Below, one piece after another: positions 9,032 to 19,193 of a stretch of DNA of 64,000 nt. Each line of letters starts with the position of its first letter. Position 1 is the first letter of the stretch. Position numbers and translations under genes: made by a program. A model generated the notes under the pieces. The model made no database searches and had not been told where the DNA came from. It worked only from the letters and a program-made list of their open reading frames with translations. This DNA comes from Candidatus Limnocylindrales bacterium (GTDB taxonomy: Bacteria; Chloroflexota; Limnocylindria; Limnocylindrales; CSP1-4), in NCBI GenBank assembly GCA_035699625.1, contig DASSPM010000058.1:3078-67077 (forward strand), written 5' to 3'.

Positions 9032-10006
9032 ATGGCCGTCCGCGCCTACCTCTTCGACGCGCAGGGACTCGATCGCGAGGTCGAGCTCGATGCCGCCACG
9101 CTCGACTCGGTCGGCGGCGATCGTCTCCTGTGGGTCGACGCAGCGGGCGTCGACGAGGACACCCTGCGCCGCCTGGCCGAGCTCTTCGGGCTGCAGCGAG
9201 AGTCGCTGCGCGTTCTCCGCGAGCCCATCGGACGGCCGCGGCTCGACACGTTCGGCGACTACTTCCAGCTGGCCCTGATGGCCCTTGTGGAGGACGGTGA
9301 GGGCGAGGGGTCCGCGCGCGCGATCGAGCTTGACGTGGTGGTCGGCGCGGAACACCTGCTCACCGTCCACCCGGAAGAGTTGCCCTTCCTGGACGAGCTG
9401 CGCGAGCACATCTCGCGCGACAGCGACGTGGGCCGCCTCGACGCGCCGGCGTTCCTGGCGGTCATCCTCGACTGGCACGTGACGAGCTACTTCCGCATCG
9501 TGGAGGAGCTCGAGAAGGAGGTCGACCGGCTCGATGCGGCGGGCCTCCAGGCCGACCGGCCGGACGACCTGCTCGACGCGCTCGTCCGCGTGCGACGCCG
9601 CATCGGCCGCGTACGGCGCGCCATCGCTCCCCATCGAGAGCTCTACGCGGCCCTCTCCCGGCCCGACTTCGAGGTCGTCGCCAGGTCCGACTCGGCGGCC
9701 GCCTTCCGCGCCCTCCAGGACCGCATGGAGCGCGCCATCGAGTCGGTCGAGCACGCCCGCGAGTCGCTCATCGGCTCGTTCGATCTGCTCATGACCCGCA
9801 CCGCGCAACGCACCAACGAGATCATGAAGCTGCTCACGCTGGTCTCGGTCGTGCTGCTGCCCGCGGTCGTCATCGCCGGCGTCATGGGCATGAATTTCAA
9901 GGTCGCCTTCTTCGACGAGCCGGCGTTCTTCTGGGTCGTCATCGGCTTCATGATCCTGCTCGCCGCGGGCACGCTCGTGGCGGCCCGCGTGCGCCGCTGG
10001 ATCTGA
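9032..10006 (+). CDS. corA: CorA family divalent cation (Mg2+/Co2+) transporter
   Basis: C-terminal two-TM region with the GMN signature (VMGMNFKVAFFDE). Cytoplasmic N-domain. ATG at 9032. Confidence 0.85.
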   Translation: MAVRAYLFDAQGLDREVELDAATLDSVGGDRLLWVDAAGVDEDTLRRLAELFGLQRESLRVLREPIGRPRLDTFGDYFQLALMALVEDGEGEGSARAIELDVVVGAEHLLTVHPEELPFLDELREHISRDSDVGRLDAPAFLAVILDWHVTSYFRIVEELEKEVDRLDAAGLQADRPDDLLDALVRVRRRIGRVRRAIAPHRELYAALSRPDFEVVARSDSAAAFRALQDRMERAIESVEHARESLIGSFDLLMTRTAQRTNEIMKLLTLVSVVLLPAVVIAGVMGMNFKVAFFDEPAFFWVVIGFMILLAAGTLVAARVRRWI

Positions 10007-10120
10007 ATCCGCCCGAGCCCCTGCACCGAGCGCGCTGAAACGAGGGCGCAACGTGCGGCAGCCCGCTGTATCCGGCGCCGGCAGGCCCGCCCGCTAGCGT
10101 GTGCTCGGCACGAGGGGACG

Positions 10121-11005
10121 GTGCCGAGAGGACAGACCCGCATGCAGCAGCGACAGCCACCCAGCCGGGCCGCCGGGCCGGCCCCGACCACGGTCGAGGT
10201 CGGCGGCATGGCGCTGCCCGCTCCCGGCCGGCCCGCCGCTGCGGCCCGCTCGGCCGTCGCCGACAGCGCGGGCGCTACGGACCGCCCGGACAGCGGCAGG
10301 CGCGGATTCCTGGCCCAGGGTGCGCTCAGCGCGGACGGCCTCATCGGCCTCCTGTCGCACGAGCTGCGCACGCCGGTCACGACCATCTACGGCGGCAGCA
10401 AGCTGCTCGCGCGACGCGCCATGTCGCTCTCGGAAGAGGACCGCCAGGCGTTGGTGGTCGACCTCGAGTCGGAGGCCGACCGGCTCTACCGGCTCATCGA
10501 GGACCTGCTGGCGCTGGCCCGACTCGACGAGGTCGCCGAGGGCCGGTCTCGGGAGCCGGTGCTGCTGCAGCGCATCGCGGCCGACGAGATCGAGGCCGAG
10601 CGACGGGCACGCCCCGACGCCGACCTGCGCTTGGCCGTGCCGCGTGGCCTGTCGCCCGTGTGGGCCGACCCGGCGCTGGTGCGTCACGTGCTGCGCAACC
10701 TGCTGGCCAATGCCGCCTCGCGCAGCGGCGCCCCGGCCGAGGTCCGCATCGCCGGCGACCTGGCCGACGACGAGGTGCAGCTGCGAGTCTTCGACCGAAG
10801 CGGCCTGCCGCCGGCGGAGGACATCTTCGAGGACCTCGCCAGCGACGCGGCGCGCCTGCCCTACCTGGCCGGCAGTGGCCTCGACCTCTATGTCTGCGAT
10901 CGCCTCGTGCGCGCGATGGGTGGCCGCATCTGGGCACGTGCGCGCCCGGAGGGTGGCTCGGAGTTCGGTTTCGCGCTGCCTGTCATCCAGCCCGACGAGA
11001 CCTGA
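10121..11005 (+). CDS. Sensor-less histidine kinase core (HisKA + HATPase_c) with degenerate ATP-lid motifs; paralog of the downstream kinase
   Basis: H-box LSHELRTPVTTIYGGSKLL is nearly identical to the downstream kinase. The C-terminus GGRIWARARPEGGSEFGFALP is also near-identical. No TM or sensor domain. The G1 box reads FDRSGLP instead of DxGxG. Start is GTG 10121 or ATG 10142. Confidence 0.7.
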   Translation: MPRGQTRMQQRQPPSRAAGPAPTTVEVGGMALPAPGRPAAAARSAVADSAGATDRPDSGRRGFLAQGALSADGLIGLLSHELRTPVTTIYGGSKLLARRAMSLSEEDRQALVVDLESEADRLYRLIEDLLALARLDEVAEGRSREPVLLQRIAADEIEAERRARPDADLRLAVPRGLSPVWADPALVRHVLRNLLANAASRSGAPAEVRIAGDLADDEVQLRVFDRSGLPPAEDIFEDLASDAARLPYLAGSGLDLYVCDRLVRAMGGRIWARARPEGGSEFGFALPVIQPDET

Positions 11006-11145
11006 GGCTGGCACCCCTGATACGCCTCGCCCGCGTGGCTGGGCGGCCCCACGGAGAGCACCGCTATAGTGCGCCGCACAACCCGTACGCCCGCCCGAGC
11101 GTGAGCGAGAGCCACTCCGACCTGACCGACGACACGAGCGGCGCC

Positions 11146-14115
11146 ATGCGCGGAACGACCGCCACTGAGCGTCGCGCCGGCGATCCGAACGACGGCCAGC
11201 CCTTCGAGCTGGAGCTCCTCGGTGCCGTACACCTGCTCGACCAGGTGCAGGCCTCGGTCATCGTCACCGACCGCAACGGCCGGGTCATCTCCTGGAACCC
11301 CCACGCAGAGCTGCTCTTCGGCTGGTCTCGCGAGGAGGCACTCGGCCGGGAGATCGGCGAGTTGACCGTCTTCCCCGAGGACGCGTCGCTGGCGGAGGAG
11401 ATCATGGCCCGCCTGGCCCAGGGCCAACGCTGGGAAGGGGAGTTCGATGCCCGGCGCAAGGACGGCGCTCGGGTGCGGGTCCATGTCACCGACTCGCCGT
11501 TGCAGGACGACCTCGGCCGCTTCAGCGGCGTGCTCGGCGTGGCCGTCGACGTCAGTGCCCGCGCGCGGGCCGAGGCCGAGAAGGCCGAGCTGCTGGCCCG
11601 CGAGCGATGGGCGCGCGCCGAGGCCGAGCTGCTCAGCGAGATCGCCGCGGCCACGGCCGGCGAGGACGACCTGGAGCGGATCCTCTCGGCGACTCTCGAG
11701 CGACTCGCCCGCCAGGTGGCCTTCACGGGCGGCTCGATCGCTCTGGTCGAGGGCGATGAGCTGGTCCTCTGCGCCGCCGTGGGGCCCTTCGCCGACGGAG
11801 CGCTCGGGCAGCGGCTGCCGCGTGGACGGGGCCTCAGCTGGCGCATCGTCGAGTCGCGCGAGCCCTACCTGACGGGCGACCTGAGCGCCGACAGCGTGCA
11901 CATCGTGGGGGGTGTCGGGGAGGACGTGCTGCGCTCCTACCTGGCCGTGCCGCTCGTCTGGCGCGACCAGGCCATCGGCCTGCTCGAGATCGACTCGACC
12001 GAGCCCGATGCATTCCGACCGTCGGACCAGGCGCTCGTGGAGCGGGTCGCGGTTGCGCTGAGTGGTCCCGTCGAGCTGGCGCGCCGCTTCCGCCGCGAGG
12101 CCGACGCCCTGGCCGAGGCGCAGGCCGCCCAGGACCGACTGCACTTCCTGGCCGAGGCGAGCGCGCGCCTCGTGGGTGCGGTCGACTACGAGGCGACGCT
12201 GAAGAGCATCGCCGACCTGGTCGTGCCGCGCCTCGCCGACTGGTGCGTGGTCGATCTGCTCGATGCGTCAGGCGAGCTCCAGGGTGTCGTCATCAGCCAC
12301 GTCGACCCGGCCAAGGTCGAGGCCGCTCGCCGCTACCGCGAGCTCTATCCGCCCGATCCGGATTCCGCGCAGGGCGCGCACGCCGTGGTGCGGACGGGGG
12401 AGCCGCAGCTCTTCGCCCGCATCAGCGAGGAGATGATCGACACCGTCGCACGCGACGAGCAGCAGGCGCGTTACTTCCGCGAACTCGGCCTGGCCTCGGC
12501 CGTGGTCGTGCCCATCGACGGCCAGAGCGGCGTGGTCGGTGCGATGACGCTCGTCCAGGCTGAGTCGGGCCGCCACTTCGAGCAGGCCGACGTCGAGCTG
12601 GCGCGTGAACTGGCGCGGCGTGCTGCGGCAGCACTCGATACGGCGCGCCTCTACCGCGAGCTGGCGCGCATCAAGACCACGCTCGATACCACCCGCGATG
12701 CGGTCTTCATGTGGGACCCGGAGACGCTGCATTTCTTCTACGTCAACCAGGGCGCGGTCGACTCGCTCGGCTACAGCCATGACGAGCTGCTGACGATGAG
12801 CCCGCTCGACCTCAAGGTGGAGTTCGACGAGCCGCGTTTCCGGGCGCTCATCGAGCCGCTCGTGAGCGGCCGGACCACATCGCTCACCTTCAGCACGACG
12901 CATCGACGCAAGGACGGCAGCCGCTTCCCGGTGGAGGTCTCCTACCAGTACGTGGCGCCTGCCGGGGAGCCGCCGCGCATGGTGGGCATCGTGCGCGACA
13001 TCACCGACCGGGTCGAGGCCCGCGCCCGCCTGCAGCGCCTGGCGCAATCCGAGCGGGCCCTGAGCGCCGAGTTGAAGGCGATCATCCGGGCCATGGGCGA
13101 GGGCGTCCTCGTCTTCGCCGCCGACGGACGCCTCATCTTCAGCAACCCTGCCGCGGATGCCATCTTCCGGGACCCGCCCATCAGCCGGTATGCGGACGTG
13201 GCCGCCCGCCTCAGCGAGCCCGATTGGTTGCCGCCCCTCGACCTGACCGAGGGTAGAGGGCCCATCGAGCTGCGCACGAGCGGGGAGCCCGAGCGCTGGC
13301 TGGAGATCTCCGCCTACCCGGTGGAACCGCCGCGTGAGACGGTAGACGATCAGCCGGAGGCTGAGCCGGGTCGGGAGACCATCCTCTTCATGCGCGACGT
13401 GACCGCGGCACGCCAGGCTCGGCAGGCGCGCGACGCCTTCATCGGCGTCCTGTCGCACGAGCTGCGCACGCCCGTCACGACCATCTACGGCAACAGCAAG
13501 CTCCTCGCTCGCAGCGAGCGCAGCCGCAGCGATGAGGCCAGGCGCGCCATCCTGGGCGACATCGAGAGCGAGTCGGAGCGACTCTTCCGGCTCGTGGAGG
13601 ACCTGCTCGTGCTGGCACGGTTCGGCGAAGAGGAGCGGCGGGAGATGGGCGACGAGCCCCTCCTGCTGCAGCGCATCGTGCCTGCCGTCGTCCAGTCCGA
13701 GGAGCAGCGCTGGCCGGGCACGAGCTTCGACGTGAAGGTCGAGTCCGGCCTGCCGCCGGCCAGGGGGGAGCAGACCTACGTCGAGCAGGTGGTGCGCAAC
13801 CTGGTCAACAACGCCGCCAAGTACAGTGGCCCCGGCGGCGCCGTCCGCATCAGCGCGCGAACCGCTGGCGACGAGATCGAGGTGACCGTCCTCGACCAGG
13901 GTCCCGGCTTTCCCGCCGAGGAGTCGACGCGGCTCTTCGAGCTCTTCTATCGTTCGCCCCACACGGCCACGCGCGCCAGCGGGGCGGGCATCGGGCTCTT
14001 CGTCTGCAAGCGCCTCATCGAGGCGATGGGGGGACGTATCTGGGCGCGGCCGCGCCCGAAGCGGGGTTCCGAATTCGGCTTCGCACTCAGCATCTTCAAC
14101 GAGGAGGCACCGTGA
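11146..14115 (+). CDS. Multi-sensor histidine kinase (PAS-GAF-GAF-PAS-PAS-HisKA-HATPase_c)
   Basis: Several PAS and GAF blocks. H-box LSHELRTPVTTIYGNSKLL. N-box NLVNNAAKYSG, G1 LDQGPGF, G2 GAGIGL. Alternative GTG start at 11101. Confidence 0.9.
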   Translation: MRGTTATERRAGDPNDGQPFELELLGAVHLLDQVQASVIVTDRNGRVISWNPHAELLFGWSREEALGREIGELTVFPEDASLAEEIMARLAQGQRWEGEFDARRKDGARVRVHVTDSPLQDDLGRFSGVLGVAVDVSARARAEAEKAELLARERWARAEAELLSEIAAATAGEDDLERILSATLERLARQVAFTGGSIALVEGDELVLCAAVGPFADGALGQRLPRGRGLSWRIVESREPYLTGDLSADSVHIVGGVGEDVLRSYLAVPLVWRDQAIGLLEIDSTEPDAFRPSDQALVERVAVALSGPVELARRFRREADALAEAQAAQDRLHFLAEASARLVGAVDYEATLKSIADLVVPRLADWCVVDLLDASGELQGVVISHVDPAKVEAARRYRELYPPDPDSAQGAHAVVRTGEPQLFARISEEMIDTVARDEQQARYFRELGLASAVVVPIDGQSGVVGAMTLVQAESGRHFEQADVELARELARRAAAALDTARLYRELARIKTTLDTTRDAVFMWDPETLHFFYVNQGAVDSLGYSHDELLTMSPLDLKVEFDEPRFRALIEPLVSGRTTSLTFSTTHRRKDGSRFPVEVSYQYVAPAGEPPRMVGIVRDITDRVEARARLQRLAQSERALSAELKAIIRAMGEGVLVFAADGRLIFSNPAADAIFRDPPISRYADVAARLSEPDWLPPLDLTEGRGPIELRTSGEPERWLEISAYPVEPPRETVDDQPEAEPGRETILFMRDVTAARQARQARDAFIGVLSHELRTPVTTIYGNSKLLARSERSRSDEARRAILGDIESESERLFRLVEDLLVLARFGEEERREMGDEPLLLQRIVPAVVQSEEQRWPGTSFDVKVESGLPPARGEQTYVEQVVRNLVNNAAKYSGPGGAVRISARTAGDEIEVTVLDQGPGFPAEESTRLFELFYRSPHTATRASGAGIGLFVCKRLIEAMGGRIWARPRPKRGSEFGFALSIFNEEAP

Positions 14116-14897
14116 CCAACCAGCCCCTGGTGCTCGTCGCCGACGACGAGCCGCGCATCACCAAGCTCGTGGCGCTCACGCTCCACGACGAGGGTTTCCG
14201 CGTCGTCACCGCGAACGGCGGCGAGGAGGCGCTCAAGAAGGCCGAGGAGGTGCGGCCCGACATCGTGCTGCTGGACATCGTGATGCCCGACCTGGACGGC
14301 ATCGAGGTGATGCGCCAGCTGCGCGAGTGGCGGCCGGTGCCGGTCATCCTGCTCACGGCGAAGGGATCCACGGCCGACAAGGCCAAGGGCCTCGACCTGG
14401 GCGCGGATGACTACGTGGCCAAGCCATTCCATCCGGACGAGCTGGCCGCCCGCGTGCGGGCGGTGCTGCGCCGGGCCTCGGGCGTGGCGCCCGGCGCCGG
14501 CGTGGTCAAGTTCGCCGACATCGAGATCGACCTCGAGCGTCGCCTGGTGACCCGCGGCGGCCAGCTGGTGTCGCTCAGCCGGACCGAGTGGCTGCTGCTG
14601 CAGCACCTGGCGGCCAATGCCGGCAAGGTCGTGCTGCACACCGAGCTGCTGACCAAGGTCTGGGGCCCGGAGTACCGCGACGACCTGCAGTACCTGCGCG
14701 TCTGGGTGAGCCGCGTTCGCCGCAAGCTCGGCGCCGCGCCCGGCGAGCCCGGCCCGATCAAGACCTTCCAGGGCATCGGCTACGTGCTCGACGTGGAGGG
14801 CTCGCTCTCCGACGCGACGAAGGAAGAGGAGCCGGCCGAGGACGAGTCGGCGCCCGAAGCGCCCGAGGAGACGGCCGAGGCCACCAGCGAGACCTGA
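14112..14897 (+). CDS. OmpR/KdpE-type response regulator with acidic C-terminal tail
   Basis: Receiver domain LVLVADDEP...LLDIVMPDLDG...LLTAKG. Winged-helix C-terminus TFQGIGYVL. GTG start overlaps the kinase stop (GTGA) and is preceded by a GAGGAGG ribosome-binding site. Confidence 0.9.
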   Translation: MTNQPLVLVADDEPRITKLVALTLHDEGFRVVTANGGEEALKKAEEVRPDIVLLDIVMPDLDGIEVMRQLREWRPVPVILLTAKGSTADKAKGLDLGADDYVAKPFHPDELAARVRAVLRRASGVAPGAGVVKFADIEIDLERRLVTRGGQLVSLSRTEWLLLQHLAANAGKVVLHTELLTKVWGPEYRDDLQYLRVWVSRVRRKLGAAPGEPGPIKTFQGIGYVLDVEGSLSDATKEEEPAEDESAPEAPEETAEATSET

Positions 14898-14904
14898 GCC
14901 TGGT

Positions 14905-15192
14905 TCAGAGCGAGGCGACGTTCGAGAGTCCGCCCACGATGCCCGCCAGGATGCCGCTGATGACCAGCAGGCGGGCCACGCCGGGGTGGCCTGCCCGCAG
15001 CACGACCGCGCCAGCGACGAGGTAGAGCGCCAGCGACGCCTTCCCCAGGGCCAGCGCCGGCGTGCCGTATTGCGCGAGGGCCACCACCAGGGGGTTGGCC
15101 TCGGCGGACAGGCCGTGGCGCGCGGTCATGGCCGCGAAGCTCGCGAAGTCGAAGAACTGGGCCGCAACGACGGCCAGGAGTGCCGCCACCAC
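14905..15192 (-). CDS. Small hydrophobic membrane protein (95 aa)
   Basis: Three predicted TM helices. Convergent with the response regulator. Confidence 0.4.
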   Translation of the reverse strand: MVAALLAVVAAQFFDFASFAAMTARHGLSAEANPLVVALAQYGTPALALGKASLALYLVAGAVVLRAGHPGVARLLVISGILAGIVGGLSNVASL

Positions 15193-15594
15193 CTCAATCC
15201 CGTCGAGACGTCATGCCTCCGGCTGGAGAGGCGACCCCGGGTCATGAAGAGAGCGGCCCGGCAGGAGCCGGGCCGCTCGATCATGTGGCTGGATCGTCGC
15301 CCTGCCGGGCGATCCTTCAGCGGATGCCGGCCAGGAGCACGACCGAGGCGATCGCTGCGATGGAGACCAGGGCCTCCAGCCACCGCATCGACCGGTCGTC
15401 GCGCGCCGCCACCTGGGCACGGGCTGCGAGCGCTTTGTTCCTCTCCATCCTGTCCTTCTTTCGGGTCTCCGTCCGCCGGCGCTCCGGGCGAGCGCCACTG
15501 AGCGAACGGTACGCACACGCCTGTCACGGACGTCCATCCTGCCCCGACCCGCCCGTTGCAGGGTCGTTGCACGCGGCGACCGGGGTGATCGGCC

Positions 15595-15972
15595 TCAGGC
15601 CCGGCGCGGCGCCGTACGGCCTGGTGCGCCCGACGCCTGACGCCCGGCCAGGGTTCCCGCCATGGCGATGGCCGGCGCGGCCGCCAGCAGCACCAGCATG
15701 CGCGGCGCCCCGGCGACGAAGAAGCCGGTGGCCATGCCCAGCGAGAAGACGGAGCCCAGCAGGAGCGTGCGGTCGGGCATCGCCTCCAGCGTGCGGGCCG
15801 TGTCGGCCGCGGCGGTCTGGGCGGTGGCCACGGCCGCGGGCAGCTGCTCGGCGACGTCGGTGGCCGCGGCGCGCACGCGCTCGGCCGCTTCCTGCGCGGA
15901 GTCCATCACCCCGCGCAGCGGCGTCGCGTCATCCCGGGCGGCGTCCGCTCGTGTCGGTTCGGTGGTAGCCAT
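15595..15972 (-). CDS. Hypothetical protein with C-terminal TM helix (125 aa)
   Basis: ATG at 15972 with a GGGAGGAAG ribosome-binding site. Ala-rich helical N-region, then a hydrophobic segment LLLGSVFSLGMATGFFVAG. Confidence 0.5.
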   Translation of the reverse strand: MATTEPTRADAARDDATPLRGVMDSAQEAAERVRAAATDVAEQLPAAVATAQTAAADTARTLEAMPDRTLLLGSVFSLGMATGFFVAGAPRMLVLLAAAPAIAMAGTLAGRQASGAPGRTAPRRA

Positions 15973-15983
15973 CGTCTTCCTCC

Positions 15984-16454
15984 CTAGTCGCTGGCGGGCG
16001 CGCCGGCGGCGGCCGCGTGTTGGCGAAGCTGGTCCCGGCGCGCGGCCATCCGCTCGCCGAGCTCGGCGCGCTCCTCCTCGCCGAGGGCCTGGCGCGCCTT
16101 CTTCCAGAGCTCGGTCTCCTCCTCCTCGATGTGGTGCTCGAGGTTCTCCTTCAGCACGGCCATCTTGGCCGGCCACAACTCACTGCGGACGTCGAGCTCG
16201 ACCATGTCGCTCAGCAGGCGATCGACGACGTCGTGCTCGACGTACGACTCGAGCACCATCTCCTTGGCCTTGGGGTGATCGCGCAGAGCCGGGTAGAAGA
16301 GCTCTTCCTCGAGCTGCTCGTGACGGGTCAGCGCCTCGTGCAGCGCGCGGAAGCGGACCCCGCGATCGTGCTCGGCGTCGACGGCGGCCTCCAGCTCGCG
16401 CAGCAGGCGGCGGAGTTCGGTGTGGTCCTGCTCGAGCAGGTTCAGTGCATCCAT
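15984..16454 (-). CDS. Hemerythrin-like metal-binding domain protein
   Basis: LEQDHTELRRLL...HEQLEEELFYPAL...EHHIEEEE: His/Glu ligand pattern of the hemerythrin HHE cation-binding domain. Confidence 0.8.
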   Translation of the reverse strand: MDALNLLEQDHTELRRLLRELEAAVDAEHDRGVRFRALHEALTRHEQLEEELFYPALRDHPKAKEMVLESYVEHDVVDRLLSDMVELDVRSELWPAKMAVLKENLEHHIEEEETELWKKARQALGEEERAELGERMAARRDQLRQHAAAAGAPASD

Positions 16455-16469
16455 GCGGTACCTCGTGGC

Positions 16470-19160
16470 TCAGGGTGGCGGAGGCGTCGGCGAGGGTGCC
16501 GGCTCCGTGGTCGTCTCATCCCCGCCGTCGCCCGGCGGCGGCTTCTTGCGGTCCCGATCCCGGCCGCGCTCCTCGTCCCGGTCACGGTCGGGCCGGCGCT
16601 CACGGCAGGGCCCGCCGTGGATCGGGCCGCCCCAGCTGCGCTCGCCCCAGAAGTAGGCGGTGGCAGTGTCGTAGCGCCCCACGCGGCCGGGACCGGCGCG
16701 CGCGCGGCGTGCCCAGTCGGCCACCGCGGCGTCCCACTCGCGCGGCCCGAGCTCGGCCTTGAGCGGGTCCACGCGCCAGCCGCCGCAGGCGACCGAGTAG
16801 AGCAGGCCCGCCGGATCGATCTCGTCCTTGCCGCCGGGCTGGGTGCCGGCGATGAACCACTCCCTGCGCGTCTCGCGCGTCCAGGGGCCGGGGCGACCGC
16901 CGGAGAAGCCATCGATGGTCGCCTGCACCAGGCCCTTGGGCCGCTTGAAGTCCGTCACGGGCCACTTCCTGGTGTAGTCGCGCAGGAAGGCGTGCCAGAC
17001 GCGCGCCGGGCCGTCGATGGCGAAGGTCACCTCGTTGCCGCGCGGCTGCGAGTGGTCGCTGTTGCCCATCCAGACCGCCACACCGACCGCCGGCAGCTCC
17101 GGGTCCGCGGGCGGGGCGATGTAGCCGTAGGCGGCCAGGTCGCGGGTGTCATTGGTGGTGCCCGTCTTGAGCGCCGCCGGGCGGCGCTCGCCGCGCGGGC
17201 CGTTGTCGATGTGGAAGAGGTTGCCCCAGACCACGTTCTCCGCCGGATCGGTGTTGCCCTTCAGGATGTCGCTCACCAGCCAGGCCGACTGAGGGCTGAG
17301 CGCCTTGCGCGGCTTCGCCTCGCCGGCGGCGTAGATCACCGAGCCGTCGGCGCCGCGGACCTCGAGCACCAGGCGCGGATCGTTGCGCAGGCCGCCGTTG
17401 CCCAGGGCGCCGTAGGCCGTGAGCAGGTCGATGAGGCGGACCTCGACGGTGCCGATGGCGCCCGCCAGGCCGGCATGGGCAAAGGTGGTCGCGTCGCCCG
17501 AGAAGCGCACCCCGAGCGCCTCCGCCGTGGCCGCCACGGCGTCAGAGCCGACGCGGTGCAGGGCCCGGATGGCGGGGATGTTGAGGGAGTACTGGAGCGC
17601 CCGCCGGGCGGTCACCGGGCCGCGTTCGAGGTTGTCGGCGTCGTGCGGTGCCCAGCTCTTGCCGGTGCGCGGGTCGCGACCGAATTCGGTGGTGATGTCC
17701 AGCAGCAGGCTACCCGCGCTGAGGCGGCGCTCCTCGAAGCCGGCGGCGTAGACGATCGGCTTCCAGGCCGAGCCGGGCTGGCGATAGCCGATGCCGACCA
17801 CGTCGTACTGCGGGTCGAACTTGCGGCTGGCCAGATCGTCTCGGTAGTAGCCGGCGCTGCCCACGTAGGCCAGCACCTCGCCGGTGCGGTAGTCGATGAC
17901 GGCCATCGCCCCGTTGTGCACGTCACGCCCGCGCAGGCGACGGATCCAGCCGGCGTCCTTGCCCAGTTTCTGGCGCTTGAGCTGCGCCTCCATCGTGGCC
18001 CGCGAGCTGTTGGGCAGGATGGTCGCCGCAGCGATGAGCTTCTCGGCCAGGCGCTGCGCCTTGTAGTCCAGCGAGGTGATGACGGTATAGCCGCCCGACT
18101 CGATGGGCGGGCCGTCGGCCAGCAGACGCTCCAGCTCCCGCCGCACCTGCCAGCTGAAGTGCGGTGCGCGGAAGATCAGCGGACGCTCGCCGGCGAGCAC
18201 GACCGGCTCGGCCTTGGCCCGTTCGATCTCGGCCGCGCTGAGCTTCGTCCAGCGTTGCGAGCGCAGCCCTTCGAGGACCCAGTCGCGCCGGACGACCGGC
18301 GGAGCGTCGGCGGGTACGACCAGTCGCCCCTCGGCGTCCGGCTGAGCGAAGCGGTAGGGATCGAGGGTGCTGGGTGACTTGGGAAGGGCGGCCAGCAGCG
18401 CCGCCTGCGCCACGGTCAGCTTGCGCAGGTCGGTCACGCCGAAGTAGACGTCCGCGGCGGCAGCGTAGCCGTAGGCCTGATGGCCGTAGTAGATCTGGTT
18501 GAGATAGGCCGTGATGATGCGCTGCTTGCCGGGCTCGCCCGGGAAGGCCTCGGTCAACCGGGCGGCCTGGAGCAACTCCTTGGCCTTGCGCACGTAGCGG
18601 TCGGCGTCCGGCGCGAGGTACTCCTTGGGCAGCAGCCGCGCGCGCACCAGCTGCTGGGTGATGGTCGAGGCGCCGCGCGCCCGCTCGCCCGAGACGTTCT
18701 CCATGATGGCCGAGCCGATGGCCGCCGGGTCGAAGCCCTCGTTGGTCCAGAAGGTGCGGTCCTCCGCGGCCGTCGTGGCGTCGAGCACCAGGTGCGGGAT
18801 CTGCTCGAAGGTGAGCACGCGCCGCCGCTCGGCCTGGAAGCGGGCCAACTCGATCTTGCCGGTGCGGTCGTAGATGACGGTCGGCTGGGCGAAGTCGAGG
18901 CGCTCGAAGGTGCGCACGTCGGGCAGGTCGCTGCCCAGGGCGGTCACGGCCCCCACCGCGGCCACCCCCAGTACCAGGCCGCCGGTCAGAGCGAGCACGA
19001 GGAAGCCGGCCAGGAGCAGGCTCAGGATGGAGCCCAGGTTGCTCGAACCGCCGCGACTGCGCCGGGCGGCGCGGTAGTGCGCGATCAGCGCCCGCCGGGC
19101 GGCGGGGGCGAGGTGCGCGTGAGCATGGACGGCGCGATGCGCCGCGGGACGGTAGGGCAC
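16470..19160 (-). CDS. Class A penicillin-binding protein (PBP1A-type bifunctional transglycosylase/transpeptidase)
   Basis: N-terminal TM. GT51 motifs (EDRTFWTNEGFD). Transpeptidase SxxK (GSAWKP). Charged C-terminal tail RDRDRDEERGRDRDRKK. Confidence 0.9.
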   Translation of the reverse strand: MPYRPAAHRAVHAHAHLAPAARRALIAHYRAARRSRGGSSNLGSILSLLLAGFLVLALTGGLVLGVAAVGAVTALGSDLPDVRTFERLDFAQPTVIYDRTGKIELARFQAERRRVLTFEQIPHLVLDATTAAEDRTFWTNEGFDPAAIGSAIMENVSGERARGASTITQQLVRARLLPKEYLAPDADRYVRKAKELLQAARLTEAFPGEPGKQRIITAYLNQIYYGHQAYGYAAAADVYFGVTDLRKLTVAQAALLAALPKSPSTLDPYRFAQPDAEGRLVVPADAPPVVRRDWVLEGLRSQRWTKLSAAEIERAKAEPVVLAGERPLIFRAPHFSWQVRRELERLLADGPPIESGGYTVITSLDYKAQRLAEKLIAAATILPNSSRATMEAQLKRQKLGKDAGWIRRLRGRDVHNGAMAVIDYRTGEVLAYVGSAGYYRDDLASRKFDPQYDVVGIGYRQPGSAWKPIVYAAGFEERRLSAGSLLLDITTEFGRDPRTGKSWAPHDADNLERGPVTARRALQYSLNIPAIRALHRVGSDAVAATAEALGVRFSGDATTFAHAGLAGAIGTVEVRLIDLLTAYGALGNGGLRNDPRLVLEVRGADGSVIYAAGEAKPRKALSPQSAWLVSDILKGNTDPAENVVWGNLFHIDNGPRGERRPAALKTGTTNDTRDLAAYGYIAPPADPELPAVGVAVWMGNSDHSQPRGNEVTFAIDGPARVWHAFLRDYTRKWPVTDFKRPKGLVQATIDGFSGGRPGPWTRETRREWFIAGTQPGGKDEIDPAGLLYSVACGGWRVDPLKAELGPREWDAAVADWARRARAGPGRVGRYDTATAYFWGERSWGGPIHGGPCRERRPDRDRDEERGRDRDRKKPPPGDGGDETTTEPAPSPTPPPP

Positions 19161-19193
19161 GACCAGAGTCTCGGCCCCGACCGATTGCGTGCC

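Noticed and set aside
12268-13962. 564-aa ORF antisense to the multi-sensor histidine kinase. Similar cases: 32819..34819 and 34836..37037 antisense to the 2-oxoacid dehydrogenase genes, 503..2611 antisense to the diguanylate cyclase, and others.
   Set aside because: In a genome at 70% GC and above, stop codons are rare in all frames. These ORFs have Arg/Ala/Gly/Pro-dominated low-complexity translations, no motifs and no ribosome-binding site, and they oppose genes with clear domain signatures.
10099-14115. 1338-aa single ORF spanning both kinase genes
   Set aside because: The 5' part is out of frame with the short kinase gene (frame of 10121), which carries the recognisable HisKA/HATPase motifs and its own stop at 11005. 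The long kinase starts at 11146 (or 11101) in this frame.
19161-19193. Terminator between the membrane-protein gene and the PBP1A gene
   Set aside because: No convincing stem-loop in the 33-nt gap. The genes are more likely co-transcribed.
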